NCBI GenBank assembly: GCA_951812955.1
Contig: OX638340.1
Coordinates: forward strand, 1 to 64,000
Length of the DNA stretch: 64,000 nt
Direction of reading: 5' to 3'
Origin: an uncultured Gemmatimonadota bacterium
GTDB taxonomy: Bacteria > JAAXHH01
The notes below the pieces were generated by a model. The model did not search any database and was not told the DNA's origin. It was given only the letters and a program-made list of their open reading frames with translations. The position numbers were made by a program, and so were the translations under genes. Shown piece by piece: positions 8,157 through 18,695 of this stretch. Each line of letters opens with the position of its first letter. The stretch's first letter is position 1.

Positions 8157-9134
8157 ATGCAAGCCATCATCCCCGTTGCGGGCAGCGGAAGCCGGTTGCG
8201 CCCGATCACGCCAGGAACCCCCAAGGCCCTGGTTCCCGTCGCGGGGAAGCCGGTGCTCGAGTACATCCTCGAACAGATTGCCGGCCTGGGCATCCGCGAG
8301 GTCATACTGGTCATCTCCCCCTCGGGGGACGCCATCCGCGGCTTTGTCGATCAACGTGATGAGCTCGAGGCCCGGTACGTCGTACAACGCGAGCCGCTCG
8401 GGATCGGTCACGCCGTGTATCAGTGCCGCGGCCTGCTGAATGACGGCCCCGTCCTGGTCGTACTGGGCGATATAATCTACCTGTCGGACTATTCCTTCCT
8501 GGGCAAAGAACCGCCGGGCCACGCTATCGGCGTAAAGCGCGTATCAGGCGATCTTACCGGGTACGGGCTGGTAGAAGTCTTGGACGGGCGGATCACCCGG
8601 CTGGTGGAGAAACCCGATCATCCCATCTCCAATACGGCGATCGCCGGGATCTACTATTTTTCCAGGTCCGGTCCGCTCATGGATGGACTGGAGAACCTTG
8701 TCAAGTCAGATCGAAGGACCCGAAACGAGTATCAGCTAACGGACGCGCTGCAGTGGATGGTGGAAAAGGGCGAGCATCTGTCTCCCTTCGACGTCGACCA
8801 CTTGTACGACTGCGGCACGCCGGACCGTCTGCTGGAGGCCAACCGGCGGCTTCTGGACCTGAACGGGGGGAACTGCAGCATACCGGGCAGCGTCATCATA
8901 CCGCCCGTCGACATCGCCTCCGGCGCCCGGGTGCACCGATCCGTCGTCGGTCCCCACGTCGCCATCTCGTCCCGGGCCTCCGTCGTGCGCACCGTCGTAC
9001 GCGACGCCACCATCGGAACCTGCGCCCGGATCGAAAACTGTGATCTCAGGCGTTCCGTCGTTACGCCGCACGCCGTGTTGGCCGACACCGTAGAACGTGC
9101 ATCGACCGGCGCGCGTTGCGCGGTTTATGTCTGA
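8157..9134 (+). CDS. sugar-phosphate nucleotidyltransferase (NTP_transferase domain plus C-terminal left-handed beta-helix)
   Basis: N-terminal 'MQAIIPVAGSGSRLRPITPGTPKALVPVAGKPVLEY' is the canonical G-x-G-x-R-L nucleotidyltransferase signature (RmlA/GlmU/ManC-like). The C-terminal hexapeptide-like region is 'SVIIPPVDIASGARVHRSVVGPHVAIS'. Sugar specificity cannot be called. Confidence 0.75.
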   Translation: MQAIIPVAGSGSRLRPITPGTPKALVPVAGKPVLEYILEQIAGLGIREVILVISPSGDAIRGFVDQRDELEARYVVQREPLGIGHAVYQCRGLLNDGPVLVVLGDIIYLSDYSFLGKEPPGHAIGVKRVSGDLTGYGLVEVLDGRITRLVEKPDHPISNTAIAGIYYFSRSGPLMDGLENLVKSDRRTRNEYQLTDALQWMVEKGEHLSPFDVDHLYDCGTPDRLLEANRRLLDLNGGNCSIPGSVIIPPVDIASGARVHRSVVGPHVAISSRASVVRTVVRDATIGTCARIENCDLRRSVVTPHAVLADTVERASTGARCAVYV

Positions 9135-9192
9135 CCATGTACCGATAACCGATCGTCCCCGATCCTCAGGCAGTTCATTAGGAGCATGACAC

Positions 9193-10335
9193 ATGACACC
9201 TGGTTACCTCTTTACTTCCGAATCCGTTACCGAAGGCCATCCCGATAAAGTCGCAGACCAGATCTCCGACGCCGTATTGGACTCCGTCATCGAGCAGGAC
9301 CCCTATTCCCGGGTGGCCTGCGAGACCTTCGTCACTACGGGCCTGGTGCTTGTCGGAGGGGAGATCACGACAGACGGCTACGTGGACGTGCAACGCGTGG
9401 CGCGCGAGACCGTCAAGTCCATCGGTTATACGGACTCGGGATTCGGGCTGGACTGGGAGTCCTGCGGCGTGGTCGTTTCCCTCGACCAGCAATCGGCCGA
9501 TATCGCCATGGGGGTGGACCGGGAGGGCGCCGGCGACCAGGGCATGATGTTCGGCTACGCGACCAACGAGACCCCTGAAATGATGCCTCTGCCCATTACC
9601 CTCGCCCACCGGCTGACCCGCAACCTCGCGTCGATCCGGAAGGACGGCGTTGCGCCTTACCTGCGTCCCGACGGAAAGTCACAGGTCACGGTGGAATACG
9701 TGGACGGCAGTCCCCGGCGGATCGACTCTGTGGTCATCGCCGCCCAGCACGACCCGGACGTCTCCGGCGAGAAGATCAGGGAGGACATCGTCAACGAGGT
9801 AATCGGTCCCGCGCTGCCGGCCGAGTTGGTTGACCCGGGCCGGATCAAGTACCACGTCAACGCGACCGGCCGTTTCGTTACGGGGGGACCGCAGGGCGAC
9901 GCCGGCCTGACAGGCCGGAAGATCATCGTGGACACGTACGGCGGCTACTGCCGCCACGGCGGCGGAGCCTATTCGGGCAAGGACCCGACCAAGGTGGACC
10001 GCTCGGCTTCCTATGCCGCGCGCTACGTCGCCAAGAACGTCGTCGCGGCGGGTCTGGCGGAGAAGTGCGAGATCCAGCTCGCCTACGTCATCGGCGTGGC
10101 CGAACCGGTTTCGGTCAATGTAGATACCTTCGGCACGGGGACCGTCGACGACCTGGAGATCACGCGCCTGATCCGCAAGCACTTCGACCTGACGCCGCAG
10201 GGCATCATTGAGCGTCTCGACCTGAGGCGGCCGATATACCGTCCCACGGCTTCCTACGGCCACTTCGGACGGAACGAGGCGGGTTTCACCTGGGAGCAAT
10301 GCGACAAGGTGGAGGAACTCAGGAACCACGCCTGA
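9193..10335 (+). CDS. metK: S-adenosylmethionine synthetase
   Basis: '[24 protein letters not shown]', '[12 protein letters not shown]', '[27 protein letters not shown]' are hallmark MetK motifs. An AGGAGC RBS lies upstream. Confidence 0.95.
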   Translation: MTPGYLFTSESVTEGHPDKVADQISDAVLDSVIEQDPYSRVACETFVTTGLVLVGGEITTDGYVDVQRVARETVKSIGYTDSGFGLDWESCGVVVSLDQQSADIAMGVDREGAGDQGMMFGYATNETPEMMPLPITLAHRLTRNLASIRKDGVAPYLRPDGKSQVTVEYVDGSPRRIDSVVIAAQHDPDVSGEKIREDIVNEVIGPALPAELVDPGRIKYHVNATGRFVTGGPQGDAGLTGRKIIVDTYGGYCRHGGGAYSGKDPTKVDRSASYAARYVAKNVVAAGLAEKCEIQLAYVIGVAEPVSVNVDTFGTGTVDDLEITRLIRKHFDLTPQGIIERLDLRRPIYRPTASYGHFGRNEAGFTWEQCDKVEELRNHA

Positions 10336-10352
10336 GCAGGAAGGGGCTTGGT

Positions 10353-10388
10353 CCGTGAACGCGTTACTGCGGGTGACCGCGTTCACGG
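10353..10388. terminator. candidate bidirectional stem-loop terminator between convergent metK and lptG
   Basis: 11-bp perfect inverted repeat CCGTGAACGCG (10353-10363) / CGCGTTCACGG (10378-10388) with a 14-nt loop. There is no U-tract, so it is only hairpin-type. Confidence 0.4.
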
Positions 10389-10401
10389 TGTCACGGGGGT
10401 C

Positions 10402-11484
10402 TCATTTCGGCGCCCTGACCAGCAGAATCAGGGCGAGTAGTCCGAAGAGCGCGTTGGCGCCCCATGCCGCCGCCATGGGCGGGAGCAATCCGGCGTGACC
10501 GAAGGCCTGGGCAAATCGGAGCAGTCCCCAGTAGACGAAACAGATCCCGATACTCAGGGCAAATCCCACCGCGACGCCGCCCCGTCTCAGATGGGAGGCC
10601 AGCGCGCCGCCCAGCAGCACGATGATCAGACCCGCGCCCGGAAATGCGATCTTCAGGTTGAGGTCTACCAGGTAGCCCTGCACGTCTCCTCCTCCCCGCC
10701 GTACGTTCTGAATCAACTGGTCGAGTTCGCCGTAACTCATCTCCTCGGGGCGTTTCTGCCCTCGCAGGAAGTCCTCCGGCGTCTCGGACCATCCGTCGGG
10801 TTCCAACTCGGCGAACGAGGTGTATTCGGACAGTCCGCCTCCAACCAGAAACTGTCGTTTAACCCCGTTGAAAAGCAACCAGCGCCCATCCATCCAGACG
10901 GCGCGTTCCGCCGTGAGGACGCTGGTGACGGAGCCGTCGCGGAACTCGGTGACGTGTATCCCCGTGCCCTCCTCGATGCGTCCGTTGAAAACGCGGATAT
11001 AGATCTGGCGCCCTCCATCTCCCCTGAAATACACATCGTACCGGATGTGTTGCCCTGCGCCGCCTTGCATGTCCACGTGTTCCGATTTGATTTCGGCACG
11101 TTTCATGCTCGTGTGGGGAACAAGCCATTCACCGGCCCAGAACAGGCATGCGCATACCACCACGCTGACGAGGAGCATCGGCCGCAGCAACCGGTACAGG
11201 CTGAGCCCCGATGCTTTCATGGCGGTCAGTTCTCCCAGCCTGGTCAGCTGGCCGAAGGTATAAAGACTGGCGAGCAGCAGACTGACAGGAATCGTGAGCA
11301 CGAAGATGTAGGGCATGTAATAGACGTAGTAGAGCGCGATATAACCCGGTGCCACGTTGCGGTCCAGGAATCGGTCCAATTGCTCGATGAGATCGACCAC
11401 GAAGAAGATGCTGACGAAGGCGACCAGGCTGACGGCGATGGCGGTAATGAACAGGCGGAGTACGTACCGGGTGATCAGGGACAT
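10402..11484 (-). CDS. lptG: LPS export ABC permease, LptG (YjgP/YjgQ family)
   Basis: 360 aa; N-terminal 'ITRYVLRLFITAIAVSLVAFVSIFFVVDLIEQLDRFL', 'AMKASGLSLYRLLRP', a periplasmic beta-jellyroll segment, then 3 C-terminal TM helices. This is the LptF/LptG architecture. It is second in the gene pair, so called lptG. Confidence 0.8.
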   Translation of the reverse strand: MSLITRYVLRLFITAIAVSLVAFVSIFFVVDLIEQLDRFLDRNVAPGYIALYYVYYMPYIFVLTIPVSLLLASLYTFGQLTRLGELTAMKASGLSLYRLLRPMLLVSVVVCACLFWAGEWLVPHTSMKRAEIKSEHVDMQGGAGQHIRYDVYFRGDGGRQIYIRVFNGRIEEGTGIHVTEFRDGSVTSVLTAERAVWMDGRWLLFNGVKRQFLVGGGLSEYTSFAELEPDGWSETPEDFLRGQKRPEEMSYGELDQLIQNVRRGGGDVQGYLVDLNLKIAFPGAGLIIVLLGGALASHLRRGGVAVGFALSIGICFVYWGLLRFAQAFGHAGLLPPMAAAWGANALFGLLALILLVRAPK

Positions 11485-11521
11485 GAAGTAGCGTTCCTCT
11501 GGTGATTTCGACGCAATGACG

Positions 11522-12748
11522 TCAGATGCGATCCCTGCCGCTGACCCAGACCAGGACGGCTCCGGGTACGCCTATGACGATGTTCGCGGCCCACATCGCC
11601 CAGACTGGATCGATCAGATCGCGGTCCGCCAGTTCTTCGCCGCCGAGCAGGCAGGCCCAGTACAGGAGGAAGAAGCAGAGGCTGACGCCGACGCTCACGC
11701 CCATGCCGCTCCGGCGGATACGCACACCCAGCGGCGCGCCGATCAGCACGAAGACGAGACACGCCGCCGAAATGGCGTACTTTTTGTGGATTTCGACGAC
11801 GTAGCTGTTCTTCTGCCGCTGCCTCAACGAGATCGTCCGCTGCGCTTTGGCCCTGGCCGCTTCGATGGAATCTGTCTTCGCCTGCGAGTGAACCGGCCCG
11901 GGTACAAGACTTGCCGCGACCTCGTCGATCTCCAGTTGCCATTCATCGATTTTCGCCTGCATCATTTCAATGTTCAATTCGCGGTCGCCCCGGGTTCCCG
12001 CCTCCGACCGCTGGACGCCGCTGGGCGCGGTGCGAATCGAAAACCGCTGCCGCTCGAAGACCTCTTTGAAATACCGCCCCGTAGACTCGTCCTGTTGAAG
12101 GAGCTCTCCGTCATAGAGCATCAGGTTGATCCTGCTGCCCGTCTCGTTGACGTGAAACTCGCCCGACCTGGCCGTCATGATGCGCGGGTAGCGCAGGTTC
12201 TCCGTTTCGTAGATGGTGATGCTTTCAATCTCATTGTTCCTCGGATTGACCCGGTCGATCAATATGCTGTATCCCGGAATGTCCTTCATGAATATGCCTG
12301 CGGTGAAAAGCAGCGTGGGACGGGCGCGGTGGATATCGTTCATGAGCGAACGGGCCCGGTAATTGGCTTCGGGCAGGATGACGTCCATAAAGTACAGGTG
12401 ACTGCCGCCAAGGAGTATTCCCAGAACCAGCACGGGTGAGACCATCTGGTAGAAACTGACGCCGCCCGCCTTGAACGCCGTGACTTCGTTATCGGCCGAA
12501 AGCCGGCCGAAAGCCATGAGACTGGCGACCAGTACGGACATGGGAATCGATACGGCGACGATCCAGGCAAGGTTGAGAAAGAAAACCTCGAGCACGGTAA
12601 GCAGTTCGAGGTTCTTGCCTATGATGAGGTCGGCAATCTGAAATATGATGTCCATCACGAGGATGAACGTGATGATCACGAATGAAAACAGAAAGGGCCC
12701 GACGTGCGCTTTAAGAACGTATCGGTAGAGGTGAACCGGGAGGGTCAT
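11522..12748 (-). CDS. lptF: LPS export ABC permease, LptF (YjgP/YjgQ family)
   Basis: 408 aa; 'LYRYVLKAHVGPFLFSFVIITFILVMD', 'AFKAGGVSFYQMVSPVL'; same architecture as the adjacent paralogue. Confidence 0.8.
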   Translation of the reverse strand: MTLPVHLYRYVLKAHVGPFLFSFVIITFILVMDIIFQIADLIIGKNLELLTVLEVFFLNLAWIVAVSIPMSVLVASLMAFGRLSADNEVTAFKAGGVSFYQMVSPVLVLGILLGGSHLYFMDVILPEANYRARSLMNDIHRARPTLLFTAGIFMKDIPGYSILIDRVNPRNNEIESITIYETENLRYPRIMTARSGEFHVNETGSRINLMLYDGELLQQDESTGRYFKEVFERQRFSIRTAPSGVQRSEAGTRGDRELNIEMMQAKIDEWQLEIDEVAASLVPGPVHSQAKTDSIEAARAKAQRTISLRQRQKNSYVVEIHKKYAISAACLVFVLIGAPLGVRIRRSGMGVSVGVSLCFFLLYWACLLGGEELADRDLIDPVWAMWAANIVIGVPGAVLVWVSGRDRI

Positions 12749-12929
12749 GGGCCAATCCGGTGGAATACGGACCGGGGCAGGGTGTTCCGACGAGTTCGGT
12801 GCCGGGCATCGTCGACGATAGTTTCGATGTTATTGATGGTCCCTCGACTATATGAATATACCGCGTGGTATCGAGGGGAAGCAAGCTGTTTTATACTGAG
12901 CGACGCTCCCGATTTGCCGGGAATTTCGC

Positions 12930-12958
12930 TTGACTTGCCGTACGTGCCGCGCTATACT
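12930..12958 (+). promoter_or_regulatory. near-consensus sigma70-type promoter for ssb
   Basis: TTGACT (12930-12935), a 17-nt spacer, then TATACT (12953-12958). An AAGGAG RBS sits at 12979-12984, 8 nt before the ATG at 12993. Confidence 0.55.
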
Positions 12959-12992
12959 CATTTCATTCATTTACAGATAAGGAGCATCCTTG

Positions 12993-13430
12993 ATGGCCAG
13001 TTTAAACAAAGTCATTCTGATCGGTAATCTCGGCGCTGATCCCGAAATGAGGTACACGCCTTCCGGCCGGGCCGTGGTCAATTTCCGCATGGCCACTACG
13101 CGCCAGTGGAACACGCAGGACGGAGAACGGCGGGAAGAAACGGAATGGCACCGGATCGTAGCCTTTTCCAAACTCGCGGAGATCTGTGGCCAATATCTCA
13201 AGAAAGGCGCTCCGGTGTATGTTGAAGGACGGCTGCAAACCCGTTCCTGGGAGGATCAGAACGGGATGAAGCGATATATGACGGAGATCGTAGCGAACGA
13301 GATGCAAATGCTGAGTGCCCGCCAGCAGAGCGAGGTTTCATCGGACGCGCCCGGTGGAATCGGAAATACCGCGACGGAAGAGCCGCCTTCTTCGCCAGGG
13401 ACCGATTCCGACGACGACCTTCCGTTTTGA
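12993..13430 (+). CDS. ssb: single-stranded DNA-binding protein
   Basis: '[36 protein letters not shown]...[41 protein letters not shown]' is the OB-fold. The acidic C-terminal tail ends 'DSDDDLPF', the canonical SSB tip. Confidence 0.95.
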   Translation: MASLNKVILIGNLGADPEMRYTPSGRAVVNFRMATTRQWNTQDGERREETEWHRIVAFSKLAEICGQYLKKGAPVYVEGRLQTRSWEDQNGMKRYMTEIVANEMQMLSARQQSEVSSDAPGGIGNTATEEPPSSPGTDSDDDLPF

Positions 13431-13499
13431 CGTCATTCGAGGGATAGTCCGTTTTCGCAGCCGGTTGATCCATACATCGTGGGCCAGTAGTGAGAACCC

Positions 13500-14198
13500 A
13501 TGACCGTTAGACTTAGCGGCAACGGACTTCCTCGAATAACGATCCTTATCGCCCGGCAGGAACCCGTCGATTCGCTGATCAGGTGGCTTCGCGGCGCGGG
13601 TTACCCTTTGACGGAACTGCGTTACACCGTCGTCGAAGACCTCCACGCCCGAATTCCCGATTCGGACATCCTGCTCTTCCATACGGATCGTCCAAGTTCG
13701 GACCTCCCCATTGTGATGGATGAATTGAAGTCTCGGCAGATACTGCGGGCTCCCGCGGTCATTGTGCTGACCGGCTGCGATGCCATCGGTGACTTGGACG
13801 TAACCCGTGGAATCGACGATTTCATTTGCGCGCCATACGATATCCGCGAGTTCGACCTGCGCATCAAGAACGTCCTCTGGCGCCGGCACAGCGTGCGGAT
13901 TCAGGATATGATCGTCTGGGGCGACCTGCTAATCAACCTGGGCAACTACGAAGTCACGATCCGGGGCAAGTCGATCGACCTGACGCTCAAGGAATACGAG
14001 TTGCTCAAGCACCTGGCCAGGCACCGGGGGAGGGTGTTCACCCGGGATGAACTGCTGACGGCCGTATGGGGATATGATTACTTCAGCGGTACGAGGACGG
14101 TGGACGTGCACGTGAGGCGGCTGCGGATGAAGATAGAACGCCACGGCGTTCATATCATCACGACCGTCCGGGGGGTCGGGTACAAGTTCGGAGACTGA
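13500..14198 (+). CDS. OmpR/PhoB-family winged-helix transcriptional regulator with an atypical (probably phosphorylation-independent) receiver domain
   Basis: C-terminal 'LTLKEYELLKHLARHRGRVFTRDELLTAVWGYDYFSGTRTVDVHVRRLRMKIE...VRGVGYKF' is a clear Trans_reg_C domain. The N-terminal half is receiver-like but lacks the acidic DD pair and the conserved Lys ('ICAPYD' where K-P is expected). Confidence 0.75.
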   Translation: MTVRLSGNGLPRITILIARQEPVDSLIRWLRGAGYPLTELRYTVVEDLHARIPDSDILLFHTDRPSSDLPIVMDELKSRQILRAPAVIVLTGCDAIGDLDVTRGIDDFICAPYDIREFDLRIKNVLWRRHSVRIQDMIVWGDLLINLGNYEVTIRGKSIDLTLKEYELLKHLARHRGRVFTRDELLTAVWGYDYFSGTRTVDVHVRRLRMKIERHGVHIITTVRGVGYKFGD

Positions 14199-14199
14199 A

Positions 14200-15942
14200 A
14201 TGCGCAGGACCGCGTTGATCATACTTACATCCGCGTGCGTGATTTTCGGGTGCGCGTACTACAATACCTTCTACAACGCCAGGAAAGCGTTCAAAGAAGG
14301 GGAGCGCATTCGGCTCAGTCAGCAGACGCCCGACGGCGGCTTGCCTCCACAGGCCATTGCCTCCTACGAACTCGCGATCGAAAACGCGGGTCTTGTCCTG
14401 CGGGACCATGCGGGAAGTTCCCTGGTCGACGACGCATTGGTCCTGATCGGCGACGCACTGGCGATCCAGGGGCGGCACGAACAGGCCGTTAAGAGATATC
14501 AACAAGTCCTGAGGTTGTTCCCGGACAGCGAATTTACCGGCCACTGCGTTTTTTCACTCGGTCTCGGCTTGCTCAACGCGGGTGATTCCACACGGGCAGA
14601 TGAGCTGCTGGATCGCTTCGTTCGCGAATATCCCGGCAGCGACCGAATCCCGGACGCCTTCATGCTGCGGGGGAAGATCTCCTTCGGCGGCGCCCGCTAC
14701 GAAGAGGCCGTCTCGCGGTTTCAAGATATTCTGGAACAGCATACGAGCCACGATATGAAAGCGGAAGCCAGGTACTACATCGCACGGTCCAAGCTGGAAC
14801 TGAGTCTATACGCCGATGCAAGGGAACACCTGGAACAAGCCATCGAGCAGGCCCGGTCGAACAGGTTGAAATTTCAGGCCAGTTTCATGCTGGGTGAAAG
14901 TATGCGGCGCGAAGGGAGTATTACCGGCGCGCTGGAGGTGTTCGAATCGCTGTTGGATCTGCGCGCCTACCGAGATTACCACCCCGAGGTCATGCTGGCG
15001 ATGGCGGCCTGCCTTGCCGAACTGGACCGGCATGAAGCGGCCGTTTCCAGGTACGAGTCCGTCATTTCGTTATACGAATCAGACCGAAATCACGCGGAGG
15101 AAGTCTCGCGTGCCATGTTCGAACTGGGGGAATTGTACCGGATCGCAGGCGACCTGGAGTTGGCGGAACAAAGGTACGCCGACGCGCGGCGCGCGAGTCC
15201 GCGTTCGTTCTGGGTCGGTGACGAGTCCGATCGCAAGTTCCGAGCCATCGGTGAACTGCGTCGTCTGAGCCAGAACCTTGGAAACATGCAGGTCGCGTTG
15301 GAATCGGTCAGACCTTCCGGCGATACCGAATCGACAAGCCCATCGAACTTCGCGAAGTTGATGGATAGCGTGATCGGGCTTCGATTCCAACTGGCTGAAC
15401 TTTATCTGTTCAGATTGGAGATGGCCGACTCGACATTGAGCCAGTATCGTGCCATAGAAAAGGAGTCGGCCGATCCCTCCATGGCCGCCAAGGCGGCCTT
15501 CGCGAGGGCCTGGGTACTCGAGGAAATATTGAAGGACAGGGTAAACGCGAGATCGGTCTATGACGCCATCGCCGTGCTGTATCCCGGGACTGCTCACGCC
15601 GTGGAGGCATCCATCGCACTATCGAAACCGATTGAAGGCGAACTTCCTCAGGACCGGCTGTTTGCGGAGGCGGAACGGCTGCTTTTCGAAGCGGACCAGC
15701 CGGACTCCGCGCGTGGCCTGTACGAACTGGTCATTCGCCGGTATCCGGATGGAGCATTCGCGCCGCGTGCGCTCTTTGCCCTTGGATGGCTCGCCGAGAC
15801 GCGTTTCGACGATCCGGAAACGGCCCTCGGACACTTCCATGAAATCGTGGAACGCTATCCCGGGTCGGAACAGGCGGAGTCCGTCCGCGACAAGATTCGC
15901 CTCATGGAAGAACTGCGTCCAGCGGCGGATCCGGACAAATGA
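14200..15942 (+). CDS. tetratricopeptide-repeat (TPR) lipoprotein
   Basis: N-terminal 'MRRTALIILTSACVIFGCAYYN' is a lipobox-type signal with Cys. The rest is multiple TPR-like A/Y/L-rich helical repeats. ATG at 14200 follows the regulator's stop by 1 nt. Confidence 0.7.
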   Translation: MRRTALIILTSACVIFGCAYYNTFYNARKAFKEGERIRLSQQTPDGGLPPQAIASYELAIENAGLVLRDHAGSSLVDDALVLIGDALAIQGRHEQAVKRYQQVLRLFPDSEFTGHCVFSLGLGLLNAGDSTRADELLDRFVREYPGSDRIPDAFMLRGKISFGGARYEEAVSRFQDILEQHTSHDMKAEARYYIARSKLELSLYADAREHLEQAIEQARSNRLKFQASFMLGESMRREGSITGALEVFESLLDLRAYRDYHPEVMLAMAACLAELDRHEAAVSRYESVISLYESDRNHAEEVSRAMFELGELYRIAGDLELAEQRYADARRASPRSFWVGDESDRKFRAIGELRRLSQNLGNMQVALESVRPSGDTESTSPSNFAKLMDSVIGLRFQLAELYLFRLEMADSTLSQYRAIEKESADPSMAAKAAFARAWVLEEILKDRVNARSVYDAIAVLYPGTAHAVEASIALSKPIEGELPQDRLFAEAERLLFEADQPDSARGLYELVIRRYPDGAFAPRALFALGWLAETRFDDPETALGHFHEIVERYPGSEQAESVRDKIRLMEELRPAADPDK

Positions 15943-16090
15943 TGCGTTGACATCCGGCCCGGCCGGCTGTATCGTAGAGGAGCGAAAGCTGGAAGGCCAT
16001 GCGGTCCGGCAATGATGCGAATCCATGGAACTGGACGATCCGCGGTATCCGGATGCGACCTGAATCCCGTCCGCCTCACAGCAAGCGAGC

Positions 16091-16951
16091 ATGTCGACCA
16101 TCCCCATCTGCCAGTATGACGCCGAGATCCTGTCCAACCGTCAAATCGGTCCCGGTCTTTACTGGATCGACCTGCTGGCACCCGAAATCTCACGCCACGC
16201 CCAGCCCGGTCATTTCGTACACCTGATCGCTTCCGACGTCTCGAAGGACAGCAGCAGGCAGACCTGGCTCCGTCACACCCCCCTGCTCAGGCGCCCCTTC
16301 AGCATTGCCGAACGCGATCCAGAAAAAGGCGTTTTCGGACTCATCTACCGGATCGTCGGCGGCGGAACAGAGATCCTCGCCACACGGCGCGAAGGAGAAC
16401 GCGTAGATGTACTCGGTCCGCTGGGAAGGACATTTGAGCCGATACGCGCGGGACGGCCGGTGATCATGGTCGCGGGCGGGGTCGGGGTAGCGCCCTTTCT
16501 CTCCCTGGCACAGGAGACGGTAAGAGATGGGCGGTCGGACCCGGCGGAAATGACGGTGCTGTTCGGCGCGGCGACGGCTGGCCTGTTGAGCGGGGAAGAG
16601 AAATTCCGCCAACTGGGGGTCGACGTCAAGCTGGCAACCGACGATGGCACGACCGGTCACCACGGCCTGGTGACGGATATGCTGGAACGGGAACTTGCCC
16701 GGTCGCCCCGGCAGTGCGCTTATCTCTATGCCTGTGGACCCACGCCCATGATGCGGCGCTGCCAGGCAATCGCCCGGGAGGCCGGTATCGACGGACAGGT
16801 TTCCCTGGAGGGGATCATGCCCTGCGGCGTGGGGGTCTGCATGGCCTGTGTCGTTCCCTGCGTCATCCCCGGCGATCGATCGTCACCCCGCCGCTACGAG
16901 CGGGTTTGCGACACCGGTCCGGTTTTCGATATGGAGGAGGTCGTGTTGTGA
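16091..16951 (+). CDS. pyrK: dihydroorotate dehydrogenase electron-transfer subunit (FAD/2Fe-2S)
   Basis: FNR-like 'RRPFSI' and 'GGVGVAPF' motifs, and the C-terminal Cys cluster 'MPCGVGVCMACVVPC' typical of PyrK. Confidence 0.85.
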   Translation: MSTIPICQYDAEILSNRQIGPGLYWIDLLAPEISRHAQPGHFVHLIASDVSKDSSRQTWLRHTPLLRRPFSIAERDPEKGVFGLIYRIVGGGTEILATRREGERVDVLGPLGRTFEPIRAGRPVIMVAGGVGVAPFLSLAQETVRDGRSDPAEMTVLFGAATAGLLSGEEKFRQLGVDVKLATDDGTTGHHGLVTDMLERELARSPRQCAYLYACGPTPMMRRCQAIAREAGIDGQVSLEGIMPCGVGVCMACVVPCVIPGDRSSPRRYERVCDTGPVFDMEEVVL

Positions 16952-17898
16952 AGGCACAACCCGATTTATCGGTTAGCATCGGAGCGCTGAAACTCAGAAA
17001 CCCCGTCCTCGCCGCGTCGGGTACCTTCGGATACGGATCTGAATACGGCCGGTTCGTGAATCTCTCTGACTTCGGCGGAATCGTCACCAAGACACTCACG
17101 CCGGAACCCTGGCCCGGCAATCCTCCACCGAGGGCCGCGGAAACGGCCGCCGGCATGCTCAATTCCATCGGACTGCAGAACGTGGGCGTAGAGGCTTTTG
17201 TCCGGGACAAGATGCCGTATCTGAGAAAAATGGATACCGCGTTAATCGTCAACGTGGGCGGGGGGCCGGTCGAGGAATTCGTCTACGTGACCGAACGCCT
17301 GTCCGACTGTGAAGGCATCGATGCGCTGGAGATCAACATGTCCTGCCCAAACGTGTCGGGGGGGTTGGACTTCAGCACCGATCCGCGGCGCGCGGGAGAA
17401 CTCGTTTCCGCGCTGCGCAGCATCACGGACCTGCCGGTCATCGCAAAACTCACGCCGAACGTTACGGACGTCGGGGAAATCGCCCGCAGCGTCGAAGATG
17501 CCGGCGCCGACGCGATATCTGCAATCAACACGCTACGTGGCATGGCGGTGGACATCCGCACGCGCCGTCCCGTACTGGGCGCAGTCACGGGCGGTCTTTC
17601 GGGGCCGGCCATCAAGCCCGTGGCAATAGCGGCCGTTTACCGGATCGCAAGCCAGGTGGACGTTCCGGTCATCGGAATCGGCGGTATCATGAGTGGCGAA
17701 GACGCCGTAGAATTCCTCGTGGCCGGCGCCACGGCCGTTCAGGTTGGAACGGCCAACTTCGTCGAGCCCCGCTCAGGCGCGTCCGTCGCGCGGGAGTTGG
17801 CCGGCTGGTGCGCCGCGTCGGACATACACTCGGTCCGCACACTGATTGGAAGCATGCGGATCCCGTCACAAGAGGACGTTCCATGTCACCCTTTGTAG
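16948..17898 (+). CDS. pyrD: dihydroorotate dehydrogenase catalytic subunit (class 1B)
   Basis: GTG start at 16948 overlaps the pyrK stop. 'LKLRNPVLAASGTFGYG', 'IVTKTLTPEPWPGNPPPR', 'NSIGLQNVG', 'NMSCPNV', 'GIGGI' match PyrD. The upstream part of the ORF-track frame (from 16714) lies inside pyrK. Confidence 0.9.
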   Translation: MKAQPDLSVSIGALKLRNPVLAASGTFGYGSEYGRFVNLSDFGGIVTKTLTPEPWPGNPPPRAAETAAGMLNSIGLQNVGVEAFVRDKMPYLRKMDTALIVNVGGGPVEEFVYVTERLSDCEGIDALEINMSCPNVSGGLDFSTDPRRAGELVSALRSITDLPVIAKLTPNVTDVGEIARSVEDAGADAISAINTLRGMAVDIRTRRPVLGAVTGGLSGPAIKPVAIAAVYRIASQVDVPVIGIGGIMSGEDAVEFLVAGATAVQVGTANFVEPRSGASVARELAGWCAASDIHSVRTLIGSMRIPSQEDVPCHPL

Positions 17899-18695
17899 AC
17901 AGTTTGAACCGTGCTCGCGACAGGACGAACAGCCTGGTCTGCGTGGGACTCGATCCGGACGTGGATCGGTTTCCGGAGCACTTGAAATCGGGAAATGATG
18001 CGGTATTCGAGTTCAACCGGTCGATCATCGAGCACACATCGGACCTCGTATCGGCCTATAAGCTGAACATCGCATTTTTCGAAGTCATGGGTGCCCGGGG
18101 CTACGAGGTGCTCGAGCGCACGCTCACGGTGATCCCGGAAGAGGTCGTGGTGATCTGCGATTGCAAGCGGGGCGACATGGGGAATAGCGCGCGCATGTAC
18201 GCGAAGGCGCTGTTCGAGCACTTCGGATTCGACGCGGTGACGGTCAATCCCTACCAGGGGCGGGATTCCGTTCAGCCCTTCCTGAATTACACCGACCGTG
18301 GGGTCTTCATCCTCTGCCTGACTTCCAACGAGAGCTCGCGCGATTTCCAGCACCTGTCCGTCAACGGACATCCACTGTATATCGAGGTGGCCAGTGCGGC
18401 AGAGTCCTGGAACACCGCCCGAAACGCGGGGCTGGTGGTGGGCGCTACGCAGGCGGAGTCACTGGCGGAGATACGTGCCGTCTCCCCCGACATGCCTCTG
18501 CTGATACCGGGGATCGGCGCCCAGGGCGGCGACCTGGAAACCGTCATCCGCGCCGGCGCCGACACCAGCGGCGGTGGACTGCTCATCAATTCCTCCCGGA
18601 GCATACTTTATTCCTCCGGCGGCCTCGATTTCGCCGAGTGCGCCCGGGCGGCGACGCTAAGGCTCAGAGCAGAGATCAACACCCTGCTTCCCTGA
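17883..18695 (+). CDS. pyrF: orotidine 5'-phosphate decarboxylase (long/type-2 form)
   Basis: 'LVCVGLDPD', 'KLNIAFFE', 'ICDCKRGDMGNSA'; ATG at 17883 overlaps the pyrD 3' end. Confidence 0.85.
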   Translation: MSPFVDSLNRARDRTNSLVCVGLDPDVDRFPEHLKSGNDAVFEFNRSIIEHTSDLVSAYKLNIAFFEVMGARGYEVLERTLTVIPEEVVVICDCKRGDMGNSARMYAKALFEHFGFDAVTVNPYQGRDSVQPFLNYTDRGVFILCLTSNESSRDFQHLSVNGHPLYIEVASAAESWNTARNAGLVVGATQAESLAEIRAVSPDMPLLIPGIGAQGGDLETVIRAGADTSGGGLLINSSRSILYSSGGLDFAECARAATLRLRAEINTLLP

